Part shown: one piece after another, positions 25,892 to 39,399 of the stretch
Layout: every line of letters begins with the position of its first letter
How positions within the stretch are numbered: the stretch's first letter is position 1
Assembly: GCA_951406725.2 (NCBI GenBank)
Contig: OX597833.1
Location: 20,460,001 to 20,524,000, forward strand
From: Octopus vulgaris
Taxonomy: Eukaryota
Direction: 5' to 3'
Length of the DNA stretch: 64,000 nt
Made by a program: the position numbers and the translations under genes
Notes under the pieces: model-generated
What the model saw: the letters and a program-made list of their open reading frames with translations, nothing else
Databases searched by the model: none
What the model was told of the DNA's origin: nothing

Positions 25892-25960
25892 TTATACATA
25901 ATATTTGTGTATGAATAATGTATATATGTGTGTGTGTGTATATGTATGTATGTATATATG

Positions 25961-26068
<108 letters not shown>

Positions 26069-26911
26069 CGTTTGTTTTTACTGTGTTATTCTCTTTGTTC
26101 TGTCTTTTACTGTCTTTACTTTTACTGTTGTTACTGTCTTGTTTTGTTCTTACTGTCCTGTTCTTGTTACCAATTTTACCCATCCGCAAAAAATCCCAAA
26201 TTTTATTTAATTTGCTTTGCAGGTAGGACTGTTTCAACGAAGTCACGTGTTGTCCTTACCTTTTAAACGCAGAGTAGACGAAACATGGACAACTGAAGAA
26301 GGGGAGTATTCCTTGTGTTGTATGTCTTGTACTCTGTTTTTTTCGTTGTTTAAAAAAAAGTTCGTTTCCATGTTTTTGTTTTTATGTTTTCGCTTCTCAT
26401 TGTGTTCAACGTTTTTTTGGTGTCCCTGTACCCATATATACACGTATATATACATATAGATGTAGGTATGTACATATATGTATGTATATATGCATATATT
26501 TATATATTATTTATATTATAATATATATGTATATGTATGTGTGTGTGTCCGTATGTGCGTGTGTGTGTGCTTGGTATTTGAATTTACGATTTCCAGTACA
26601 CAGACTAAAACGAGCAGGGATGTTTTCCTCGGTCGTTAGCTTGAAATATTCCTGATATAATATCTCAGTAAAGATAAAGAATACAGACTTAAGTAGATAT
26701 ATAGAAGACTTTAATGTAATTAAAATCTCTCCAAACTCACTCATTAAATTCTAAATGTATTTGTGTTTGCCACAGTGATTTATAATAATTAGGCAGACGA
26801 GACTTTTCAAAGGTAATTGACTTTGTTTCGGAGACCAAAAACTAGCTTTGGAAACTGAATACGAAATTTCCGGCGGACATTTTAACAACTTGGTCGTTTG
26901 CCATTTTGACA

Positions 26912-27003
<92 letters not shown>

Positions 27004-27044
27004 ATGCACATATGTAATGATTTCCTATTCAATAATACTCATTT

Positions 27045-27740
27045 CTGCTATAGGGATAAGGCTTGAAATTTCAGGGGAGGTGAAAGTCGAGCACATCGAT
27101 CCCAGTACTTGACTGGTACTTATTTTATCGACCTCGAAAGGATGAAAGGCAAAGTCTACCTCGGCGGAATTTGAACTCAGAATGTAAAGACGAACGAAAT
27201 GCCGCTAAGCATTTTCCCCTGCGTTCTAACGATTCTTATTTCTTTATTACCCAGCAGGGGCCAAACACAGAGGGGACAAACAAGGACAGACAAACGGATT
27301 ACGTCGATTATATCGACCCCAGCGCGTAACTGGTACTTAATTTATCGATCCCGAAAAGATGAAAGGCAAAGTCGACCTCGGCGGAATTTGAACTCAGAAC
27401 GTAGCGGCAGACGAAATACATATTTCTATACTACCCAGAAGGGGCTAAACACAGAGAGGACAAACAAGGACAGACAAACGGATTAAGTCGATTATATCGA
27501 CCTCAGTGCGTAACTGGTACTTATTCAACCGACCCCGAAAGGATTAAAGGCAAAGTCGACCTGGACGGAATTTGAACTCAGAACGTAGCGGCAGACGAAA
27601 TACCGCTAAGCATTTCGCCAGGCGTGCTAACGCTTCGTATTTCTTTACTGCCCACAAGGGGCTACACAGAGCGGACAAACAAGGACAGACAAACGGATTA
27701 AGTCGATTATATCGACCCCAGTGAGTAACTGGTACTTATT
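27045..27740 (-). mobile_element. SINE family B multimer (3-4 units)
   Basis: Repeated ~190 bp units with recurring junctions. Confidence 0.85.
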
Positions 27741-27742
27741 TA

Positions 27743-27910
27743 ATGCAGTGCAATCAGGAGATAGAGAATAGGAAGCCAAACAAAGTCTTAATTGAGAAAG
27801 AACACAAACTATGCTGGGTCATAGATATAGCATGCCCAGCTGACAACAAGGTATGCGATAAGGAAGAAAGAAAAGTTGAGAAATATGACAGGTTAGCTTG
27901 GGAAGTTAAG
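27743..27910 (+). mobile_element. R4-clade restriction-like endonuclease fragment
   Basis: NRKPNKVLIEKEHKLCWVIDIACPADNKVCDKEERKVEKYDRLAWEVK resembles RPD...IDxAxPxD...KExEKxxKY. Confidence 0.8.
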
Positions 27911-28427
27911 AATGTTACAATCGAGAAGGTAAATCGCAATGACCTTTTTGGGTACACAGTTTGCCTTTCTTTTGCTGGGCCCAAATCCCATTGCGAACCC
28001 ATGGAAAACGAACCCCCAACAACTATGCTGCCTATATGTCTGCGCCGACCTTTCAATGTAATATATGCCAGAAGGTTTACAAATCTAATGGAGGTCTCGA
28101 AAGACATTTTAAGATCCGCAAAGACCAGAACTTATTTGTAGCTGTTGGTGGTCCAAATCGGATCTGCAATCTATGTGGTTACTTTTCAAAACATTGTATG
28201 GTTTAAAAAACTATATCAGATGCCATGATGGTTGTAAGGTGTAAGTACATGAGGTGGTCAAACTCTACATAAGGAGTAGACAACCATCAGGTATGTATGT
28301 ATGTATGTATGTATGTATGTATGTATGTATGTATGTATGTATGTATGTATGTATGTATGTATGTATGTATGTATGCATGTATGTATGTATGTATGTATGC
28401 ATGTATGTATGTATGCATGATGTATGT

Positions 28428-28845
28428 AGAAGTGGCTGTGTGGTAAGTAGCTTGCTTACCAACCACATGGTTCCGGGTTCAGTCCCACTGCGTGGCACCT
28501 TGGGCAAGTGTCTTCTACTATAGCCTTGGACCGACCAAAGCCTTGTGAGTGGATTTGGTAGACGAAAACTGAAAGAAGCCCTTTATATATATGTATATAT
28601 ATATGTATGTGTATGTATATGTTTGTGTGTCTGTGTTTGTCCCCCCCCCACAACATCACTTGACAACCGATGCTGGTGTGTTTACGTCCCGGTGTGTTTA
28701 CGGTTCGGCAAAAGAGACCGATAGATTAAGTACTAGGCTTACAAAGAATAAGTCCTGGGGTCGATTTGCTCGACTAAAGGCGGTGTTCCAGCATGGCCGC
28801 AGTCAAATGACTGAAACAAGTAAAAGAGTAAAAAGAGAGTAAAGA
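28428..28845 (+). mobile_element. SINE family A
   Basis: Family-A segments. Confidence 0.9.
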
Positions 28846-30164
28846 GTATGTATGTATGTATGTATTTATGTATGTATGTATTTATGTATGTATGTAAGCA
28901 TGTATGTAAGTATGTCATTATTCAGTTTTATTTTAAGATTCCTTGCCAGTAGAGCAACAGTCTGTTTCTAATATATATCCAAGACTCCTTCATTAGCATT
29001 TCACCACCATCAACAATATATGTTTGCATGTATGTGTGTATTTGTGCAGTATTTGGAGTCAGTACATGTGCAGATTTGCATACTTTGTTTTATGTATGTA
29101 TTCTCATGCAATTAGCTGCATGTCTAGACATGCGCATATATATCTAAGTGAGAAACTCCAGGAAAATTTTTCAGATTTTTACAATTCTAGTAATGGTTTG
29201 GATCTGTAGCTTTCTCCAATAATTACAGGTATAAACCTGAACTTGTTATCTGAGTAGAGTACCTGTAGAATTTCTCAATAGTTCAGCGTAGGTATTTTCT
29301 TTTTCTCTGATCTGTCTGTCTGTTTGTCTGTATGTATGTATTAAATAATAGGTGTTTTTATCTAATAAATGCATTTCATTGTCATTTGTTTGGATATGTA
29401 TTTAAGGTTAGAGTTCGGGTTATCGTAAGTCGGAAAGCGGCGGCTGAGAACTGAACAGAAAAAAAGAAGACAAATAAGAAAACAGAGAGAAAGACTCCTC
29501 TCACCCAGAAGAATGAAAGAAAGAGGGATATGGTATGTGTGTGTGTGTGTGTTTGTAACCGTGTTTAGGCACATACGTTAAGGACTTTTATCTCGTCATG
29601 GTAAAACTCCATCGAATTCGGGTGGTTCTCGATTTGCTCGTATTACACAATACGTAGGTTCAACGAAGAATGTGAAGAATTTAGCGATATGCCCTTACAT
29701 ACATATATTGCATTAATCAAGAGACATATACCTTAACCATTTGTATCTCCGAAGCATTTTCATAAATTTGCCCTAAACGTCCATGTTTGTTTTCAGACTT
29801 TTAGTTAGCCTCTGTTTCATACGTTCTGAGAAATATAACGCTTTCCTTTCCCAAGCTCTAAGTTACTCTAGTGGTTGAAAATTTGGCGATGTCAATTGTA
29901 TATAATTCATGGAGGCCAGGAATATATGTCCTGTGTATTATATGTGATATATAGCACAGACATAGGGTTAACAAGAAGCATTGTTCCCTGCTAATGTCTC
30001 TAAAACCCTTTAACCCTTTGCTTGTTCAAACCGTTTCCATAAGTTTGCCCTAAATCTCTATACTTGTTTGCAATCTTTTAAGCTAGCCTTTGTTTCATAC
30101 GATCTGAGTTATATAAAGTAACTCTCGTGTTTGAAAAAAATTGGAGAATGTGTATCATATACGA

Positions 30165-30652
<488 letters not shown>

Positions 30653-31849
30653 ATAGATGCCAGGGAAATGTGTCGTATGTATCACATGGGACACACGGAA
30701 CACAAGGACAAGTTTCTTTTGCAGAACTTGAGTACACCACCATCTCGGTACTGAGTAGCTATCCCACAGACTTTGGCGTCCCCTTCGTTATATCATTCTA
30801 CATCAACTACATTAATTATGATTTCTACAGACAAAGAAGACGGAGATCCTGTTTCTTTTTTACTTTTCTTTTCTTTCTTTTCCTATCCCTTTTTGCATTA
30901 ACCTTCTTTGCGTTTTTCTTCCCTGTTTTTCTCACGTTTTCTCATCCTGGTTTTCAATTAGCTCTGACAGTATGCACTGACCCTGAAAGATTGTTTGGAA
31001 ACACATTACATCTATAAACTACTAAAACTCTGAGACTGCTTGCTTGCGTGCTTGTCTGTAATTTAGTACAGCCAAACCGGTGCATAATGGGAAAATACTA
31101 TGAAAGTAAGTTACCATTGAAATGTGACCAGAAACAGTATAAAACAAGTTCCGCGTAAACCGGACCACAGATTCCCGACATACGCGGTTTTTGGGGGTTT
31201 GTTTCCACAAATATAAGCAGTGAAACCTAAAGTTATTGTCCTTTACTGTGAAAATTTGGATAGTTTTGTTTGCGTGCTTGCTTGCGTGCGTTCTTGTCTG
31301 TAATCTAGCTTAGCCAAGCCAGCACATAATGGGAAAATACTCTGAAAGTAATGTACCACTGAAATGTGAATACAAACGAAATAAAACAAGTTTCGCGTAA
31401 ATCGGACCACGGGTTCCTGAGATACACGGTTTTTTCTGGTACCTTGAATTACTGGTTTGCCAGAACTTGAACACCCTATGATACCCCTGTCTACTGGCCT
31501 ACAGAATACTCTGTAAAGGTACGATCTAGATGACCGATTGTATTTAAATGCGCCAAAGTGGACTTTGGCAAATAGTACACTTCCACATTGGCCCATTTGG
31601 GAAATCCAGTCGGCATCTCCCAGGCAGTTGGAAACGTACGAGGCTTTTGCAATCCTTCTTTCAGCTAGAGCTGCACAATCCAAACGTGCATCCAAGGTGG
31701 TGTTTCTATCTTTCGCTAGCACTAAAGAACGGGATGTCCCGAGGAAAACATATTGACGACTGATGAAGTATGATCACTTCGCCTTTATTGAAGTGTAGAC
31801 AGTTACTAGTCTGCAGGTACCTTTACTACTGTTCACGTCAAGGACAGTT

Positions 31850-32830
31850 TCCTTACCGTCCAGGTCGAGGAAGAACAACCGTATCTCGAAGTCTAGGCAT
31901 TTCCGAAGCCGTGCCACTAGAGTTCTCAATGTCTTGTGAGAAACGCTCTCTCATTTCCCTATATTTATCTATTGGCAGCCATGTCGTTTTCAGGTTATCC
32001 GGGACTTTCATTAAACTTTTATTGAAAGCCGTTCCCACCGTCTCTATGTCTCTTCTTTGTGCTATGTAAGACCTCGGTATTTTATTTTCCTTTCTTACTG
32101 ACACAAAGTTTGATATAGGTGCGATTGTTGTAAATGTAGCTTTGTAGCAAGATAGTGTTGTTGTTCTGGTTGTTGGGTTTGTGTCTTAGCTGGTTTTTCT
32201 CTTGTTTCACACATATGGTATCTTGGTCTTCTGTCCCCTTGAATTATTCGCAGTTCCACTCCATTCAAAAGGGATATGAAGACTGAGACATTTTCCAAAT
32301 GTTCGGGCTTTAGCGGGTCTTAAACCAGTTCTTCCGCACTTTTCTCTTCACATCCAGTAGAGTGTCGCTCTCCTTCAACACTACACAGGCTAAGACCCAC
32401 TAGAGAGAGACTTGCTCCACCGTTTTTCTTCCCAAATAAGTGGGAGAAGATTGCGATGTCATCACTGCAGTAGGAGACCACTGAATGTTGTACAGGAAGG
32501 TCTCAGTTTTAAACAGGACTTCGACTTCGCTGAAGTGCCTTCCCTAGATATATGTTGGATATTCTGACATATATCGCTGAGGGCTCTTTGCCGTCTCCAG
32601 GCGACGAATTTTTAAAGAGGCGCCACGATATTGTATACTCTTTCAGGTAGTAGGACTTAAAGTTTCAGGTGGGGGAGCAAGAGTTATCCTTCTCCCTTCA
32701 ATTTTCCTAAATCGAGTGGCGTTCTCCAGTTTGTTTCTTTTCTCATCTAGGGAGAGGCTGTACAGCATCCTTTTGGAAGCTATTCCCGCGAAGGAAACCT
32801 TGTTAGAGTTGTTGCAGGTGGTTGTGGTGT
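31850..32830 (-). mobile_element. Decayed L1/Tx1-like ORF1 remnant
   Basis: N-terminal KVSFAGIAS, then ENVSVFISLLNGVELRIIQGDRRPRYHMC (degenerate zinc-knuckle start); stops and frameshifts. Confidence 0.45.
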
Positions 32831-33472
32831 TACTGTTTCGTATTCTGTCGTTGTTTTCGTTGCTGTTACTGTTGTTGGTGTTGTAGATACTATTGTTGCT
32901 GCTGTTACTGCTGCTGATGTTGTTATTGTTGTCATTATTGCTGTTGTTCCTGTTGTTGCGTTACTATTGCTGGTGCCGCTGTTGCGTTCTTTTATTTTTA
33001 CCGTTGCTGTTGCTACTGCTATTGATGTTGTAGACGCTATTACTCTCGTTTATATTGCTGTTATTAAAAACTTTGTCTTTTTTTTAACAAATACTGTTGT
33101 TTCTGTTATTATTGTAACCCTCGCATTCGTCTAAACGGGCTGTCGTCTGCGCTGTTGCTACGACTGCTAAAGCCACCAGCCGAGTTGGTAATGTTTGAAT
33201 GAAGGGGAGGACAATCAGGGTGGAAGTAAGACGAAGTATTTTCCTCCTATCGCATTGTGGACGGATAGTTTTAAACATACAAAAATAAAAATAATAATAA
33301 TAATAATAACGGGATTATAAAATTTTCATTATCAAAAAGATGCCCAATATGGTCTACATTTACTATTCCTCCCTCTTCAGACAGCGAAGTAGGGCTCCTT
33401 ATTTTAAGAAATGTTTGAAAATATTTTAACAAAACAACTAACATTTATGGAGCAGAAACGAAATAAAATGCG

Positions 33473-33523
33473 TGATGATGATGATGATGATGATGACGAT
33501 GATGATGGTGATGATGATGGTGG

Positions 33524-33584
<61 letters not shown>

Positions 33585-33715
33585 AAAGATGATTTTGATG
33601 ATGATGATGATGATGATAACGATGATGATGATGATGATGATGATGATAAAGATGAAGATGATAAAGATGATGATGATGATGATGAAGATGATGATGATGT
33701 TGATGATGATGAAGA

Positions 33716-33747
<32 letters not shown>

Positions 33748-33788
33748 TTGATGACGACGACGACAACAACAGCAGCAGCAGCAGCAGC

Positions 33789-33847
<59 letters not shown>
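33473..33847. repeat. Compound trinucleotide microsatellite (GAT, GGT, GAC, CAG, CAA)
   Basis: Direct inspection. Confidence 0.95.
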
Positions 33848-34654
33848 GGTAAACCAAAGTCAAAGTAATTTCCTTGGAGGAACGAACAATAACGAAATGT
33901 GTGAAATAAAATTTCTTTTAGAGTAATAATTAAAATTTAAAAAAACAACATATAAACGAAAAATAATTTAAAATAGAAATAGAAATGATTCCAAATAATT
34001 CTTTTTTCCACAAATAATAACAGATTTAAAAATAAAAGTTCAAAAATTAAAATCCACTTCCGAGCACGCATTTATACACATCAGTAAACACGTCCCAGGC
34101 ATAATTACATTTGCATACGCACATGCGCACATACGTATACTCGCGCGTACCCGCACACATATACACACAAATGGAAATAATCATTTTTATTTGTTAATGA
34201 GTTGGTAATTAAAAAAAAAAATGTCGAATCGATTTTGTATCGAATGAGGGTATATTACAAATAACAGCAGCAGCAGCAGCAGCAGCAACAACAACAACAA
34301 CGGCAACAAAACTGCCACCACCGTCTCATTGTCACTACCAGCGCTACCACCACCACCGTCGCCACCACCACAACCACCACCACCACCACCACCACCACTC
34401 GCACTCGCACCCGCACCACCACCGCCACCACCACCACCACTACTGCCTCCGTCACTGCTGGCTCTGTCACTGCTGCCTCTGCCACCACACCTATGCCACC
34501 GCCGTCTCCAACCACCGTCTCCACCGCCGTCTCCTCCGCCGTCTCAACCGCCGTCTCCGCCGCCGTTTCCACCCCCGTCTCTGCTGCCGCCTTCACCGTC
34601 GCCTTCACTGCCGCCTCCACCGCCGCCTTCACCGCCGCCTCCACCGCCGCCACT

Positions 34655-34698
<44 letters not shown>

Positions 34699-34969
34699 TA
34701 TCATCAACCGCAACAACAACAATGTAGCTTCTATATCATTAAGGCGGCGAGCTGGCAGATACGTTAGCACGCCGGGCAAAATGCTTAGCAGTATTTCGTC
34801 TGCCGTTTCGTTCTAAGTTCAAATTCCGCCGAGGCCGACTTTGCCTTTCATCCTTTCGTGGTCGATAAATTAAGTACCAGTTACGTACTGTGGTCGAGTA
34901 AACGACTTAATCTGTTTGTCTGTCCTTTGTCCCCTCTCTGTGTAACCCCTTGTGGGCAGTAAAGACTTA

Positions 34970-35001
<32 letters not shown>

Positions 35002-35583
35002 ACCACAACGACAACCACAATGTAGCTTCTATGTGGGTGCTCCAACTTCCAGGAATAACAGATTTTTAGTGTCGGCTGACTTGTTATATGTCCATCAAGT
35101 TAGGGAATGAATAAAAGAAAATGCTCTTATAGAACTGCAACAATTTCAAAAATGACCGCGGAAATCTTGCGTTCCAGTTTAGATAAAATGACCCAATCAA
35201 CTTTCGCTTTCACAACAGCTTAGAGGAAAAAGAAAGTAGAAGGACAAAAGACAATTAATACTTAGTCAAGGAGTTTTATGTCTGTGTATATACATAGATA
35301 CAGGCAGAAAGACAGACAGATAGAAAGACACAAACACAGATATATTTATATTTATACACACACATATATATATATATACATAGACATATATATATGTATA
35401 CATACCCACACACAGACACAGACACAAAAAACACACACATACACATATATACATATACATAAAACAATGTAAGTACACATCCGCATACACACACACACAT
35501 ATATACACACACATATATATATACACATATATATAGATCATATAGATACATACATAGACCCAGACACACACACACGAAGCCAG

Positions 35584-35626
<43 letters not shown>

Positions 35627-35799
35627 CACATACACATATACACACACATATATATATATGCACACACATATATATACACATATACACACATACATTCATA
35701 TATACATATATACACATAGATACATATATACATATACACTGCTGGATTGTGAAGTTACCCATCTCAGTACATTTTCTTCGCATATGGTTCTTCTTTAGT

Positions 35800-36440
35800 A
35801 TATGTTTCATGGTTACACTTCAAGAGGTTTTAAGTCAGGGGTATTAATCCGAGTTGTGGGTGCTAGGTTTGCATCAGTTATGTGTGGTTTAGATTGTGGT
35901 ATGTGAATGTGCATTTAGCTGTATGAAGGCACCTGGGTAATCGTTCCGTAAATCTGTTTATAATGCGCTCCTTTGTTAACAATATTGAGAGTGACTCCTC
36001 GGAACATAGTTGGTATTTCCGGGATAATGTGTTATAGGGACTCGTATGTCTAATTATGGACCAGGTGAGGTCGTATTTTACCTTCTCTTCCACGAGCCAT
36101 CAGATAAAATTAACCAATGATGTTACATGCCGTTTCAGGATTTTTTCGAAAGCTGGCATAGTTGTGATATCGATTTTTGAAAATATCAGCCGATGCACCG
36201 ATATATATGTAGGGGCTTCCTCTAGTGTTTACTGTGCACTTATACACCACATTTCTGGTCATACATTGATTGTCCAAGGGATATTTGGATCTGTCTCTGC
36301 ACGAGCATAATTGGTCGTTTTTTTTTACTTGTGCGTAGCGAACACTAAACGAATTGGTTATATTCAGTATATTCGTGGTCATGGTTATCCTATTATTATT
36401 TTTACTATTTTGGGGTGTGTTCGTGTTGTTTGAATTGTTG
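35800..36440 (-). mobile_element. Penelope-like GIY-YIG endonuclease remnant
   Basis: CSCR...PLDNQC...VVYKCTV...YIGAS...FKNRYHN and WSII...PYN...QLCSEE. Confidence 0.85.
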
Positions 36441-37945
36441 CTGTCTATCTATCTACATGTGTATGTATGTGTACGTGTGTGTGAATGTGTTTGTGTGTGC
36501 GTGTGCGTGAGTCTTTGTATCTGTGTTTGTTCTCTATAACCGCTTGACAGCTGGTGATGGTTTGTTTAGTGGTTCAGCACCCCCTCGCCAATACAATAAG
36601 TACCAGGTTCAAAAACAAAAACTAGTACTGGGGGTGATTCGTTCGACTAAAATTCTTCAAGACGGCGCTCTAGCATGGCCGCAGTGTAATGATTGAATCA
36701 AAGAAATTATAAAATGATAAAAGATAAGATAAACTACACCAACCAGTAATGGCAACAACGGGCACCAGAAAAATGAATATAGAAAAAAAGAAGCTCAGTT
36801 GAAGCAAAAACATTCGTCTTTCATTAAAAGCACAAGAGCAGAAATTGTTTTTGATGATGGTAGTTTTATTTATTTATGCGCCCTTTTCAAGCCTAGCCTG
36901 GCTCATGGGTCCGGTTTCCCGGTTTCTGTGGCGTATGTGTTTCCCCCAGGTGGACGGGACGCCAGTCCATCGTAGCGTTACCCAAGAAACAGGAAAAGAG
37001 AGTGAGAGAAAGTTGGGGCGAATGAGTACAACAGGGGTCGTCACCACCCCCTGTCGGAGCCCCGTGGAGCTTTAAGTGTTTTCGCTCAATAAACACACAT
37101 AACGCCCGGTCTGGGAATCGAATCCGCGATCCTCCGACCGCGAGTCCGCTACCCTAGCCACTGAGCCATTGCGCCTGATGATGGTAGTGATAGGAGATAA
37201 AGGGAGAGATGTTAATATCCCTTCTACAATTTTGAAGAAGGGGAAATGTGGATTACATCAACCCGAGTGCTCGACTGGTACTTATTTTATCGACTCTGAA
37301 AGAATGAAAGGGGAAGTCGACCTCGGCTGAATTTGAGCTCAGAACGAAAAGACGGACGAAATGCCGTTAAGCATTTTGTTTGTCGCGCTAGCGATTCTGT
37401 CCGCTCACTACCTTGACAAAAAAGAGAATAAAACGAATTGAATGCAACAACTTCTAAAACAGCATCATAAAACAGAAAATAAACGGCAAAACAAATGAGC
37501 GACGTGCCTCCACCAGTGGTATTCATTTCTATAGTTGAGTGGAATGGAGAAACGTGAAGCGAAATGCCTTGCTCAAGAATACAGCGTATCGCCTGATCCA
37601 GGAATCGAAACCGCAATTTTACGATCATGAGTCCAACAACCTAGGTACTAAGCCACGCGCCTCCAGATAGAATGACTTACTTCCAGGATATAAATAAAAT
37701 TAATGCCTACCTTATCTTCGTAAGGATTCTTTCTCTTCCTTCTTAATTTATCTGTTACGTAGGATACATTTTCCTAATTTCTAATATTCTAATCTAAGCC
37801 TCAACTGTTGCACCCAACGTTATTCAGTTTAATTGCTTATTTAATTGGAGTTACTTTAACTGTAGTAAACCTAATATTTCTTCAAAGGAGGAATATCAAG
37901 TTACTATAATAATTAACTTATAAAGCGAATAGTTGACTTTTAAAT

Positions 37946-38009
37946 TCTAGTGGTCAGGATTCTTGGCTTTCACCCAGGTGATCCGGGTTCGATTCCCGGC
38001 ATGACACCA
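37946..38009 (+). pseudogene. 5'-truncated tRNA-Glu(TTC) retrocopy ending in CCA
   Basis: TCTAGTGGTCAGGATT CTTGG CT TTC AC CCAGG ... CCGGGTTCGATTCCCGG CATGACACCA; 5' acceptor strand missing. Confidence 0.75.
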
Positions 38010-38164
38010 TACATTTTCCTGTAACTTAGCGGTTCGGCAAAAGAAAACCGATAGAATATGTACCAGGTTTTAAAAAAAGTAGAGGAGTCGATTTGTTCAA
38101 CTAAAATTCTTTAAGGCGGTGTCCCAGCATGACCACAGTCTAATGACTGAAACGGGCAAGAGAA

Positions 38165-38620
38165 TCCTTTCTACTATAGGCATAACTGGTACTTAGTTTA
38201 TCGACCCCGAAAGAATGAAAGGCAAAGTTGACCTCAGCGGAATTTGAACTCCATACGTAGCGGCAGACGAAATACCTATTTCTATTTCTTTACTACCCAC
38301 AAGGGGCTAAACACAGAGAGGGGACAAACAAGGACAAACAAACGGATTAAGTCGATTATATTGACGCCAGTGCGTAACTGGTACTTATTTAATCGACCCC
38401 GAAAGGATGAAAGGCAAAGTCGACCTCGGCAGAATTAGAACTCAGAACGTAACGGCAGACGAAATACCTATTTCTTTACTACTCACAAGGGGCTAAACAC
38501 AGAGAGGACAAACAAGGACAGACAAACGGATTAAGTCGATTCTATCGACCCCAGTGCGGCAGACGTAATACGGCTACGCATTTCGCCCGGCGTGCTAACG
38601 TTTCTGCCAGCTCGCCACCT
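38165..38620 (-). mobile_element. SINE family B multimer
   Basis: Repeated units with recurring junctions. Confidence 0.85.
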
Positions 38621-39399
38621 TCAAAAAGGGTAGAAGAATAAAAGAACACAATTACAATGCACCCAGTTGGCCTTTCTCTGCTCCCCACCTAATTACTTTA
38701 AATATCTACCTTGGCCAGTAAATAAAGCTATCAGAAAACAGTAAACCTCGACTAAGCTGTGTTCTCACGGACTTACTCCAACGCTTGATAACATCTTGAT
38801 CTCTCAGAACTGTGCATTTGATAAGCACACAACAAACCAAGGAAAGTAACTTGATATGTCTCTTATCTACAATCCCACTTCCACAAGTAATGCTTGTATG
38901 AGAAACTGAAAAATCTACCACAGTGATTTTTAAACATTGAAGAGAATGATTGAGGGGTTGGTAACTGTTCCATTAATTACCTGTTTAATTGATTATGCAT
39001 GCTTGTTATTGTATGGCGTGGAAACAGTTTTTCAAGCCATTCAAAGCGTTCGTAAGTGAATAAAGTTGTGTTAGGATATAATTCTTCATTCTTTGTTTGC
39101 TTTATATGTACACACGCACATGCACATGCATATATACGACTATACACGTACATAAATACATACACAAACATGTATGTCATTATACATGTATGTAAATACA
39201 CACACACACACACATACATACATATATATATATATATAAATATATAAATATAAATATATATAAATATATGCATATATACATATTGGTCGAGAAAGGCCAC
39301 GTCGTATAGCAGTTTGATGCTACTATTTAGCGACAACAATTACTTGAAAAATATCGCTTGGTGAACAATATTGGTGATTTGCGGTGCTTTTCATGGAGG

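Noticed and set aside
33404-34816. Long poly-D, poly-S, poly-M, poly-P and EAAV-repeat ORFs
   Set aside because: Translations of compound trinucleotide microsatellites, open in several frames and on both strands
38706-38921. Minus-strand ORF with acceptor and GTAAGT donor
   Set aside because: No recognisable protein similarity; could equally be decayed TE sequence
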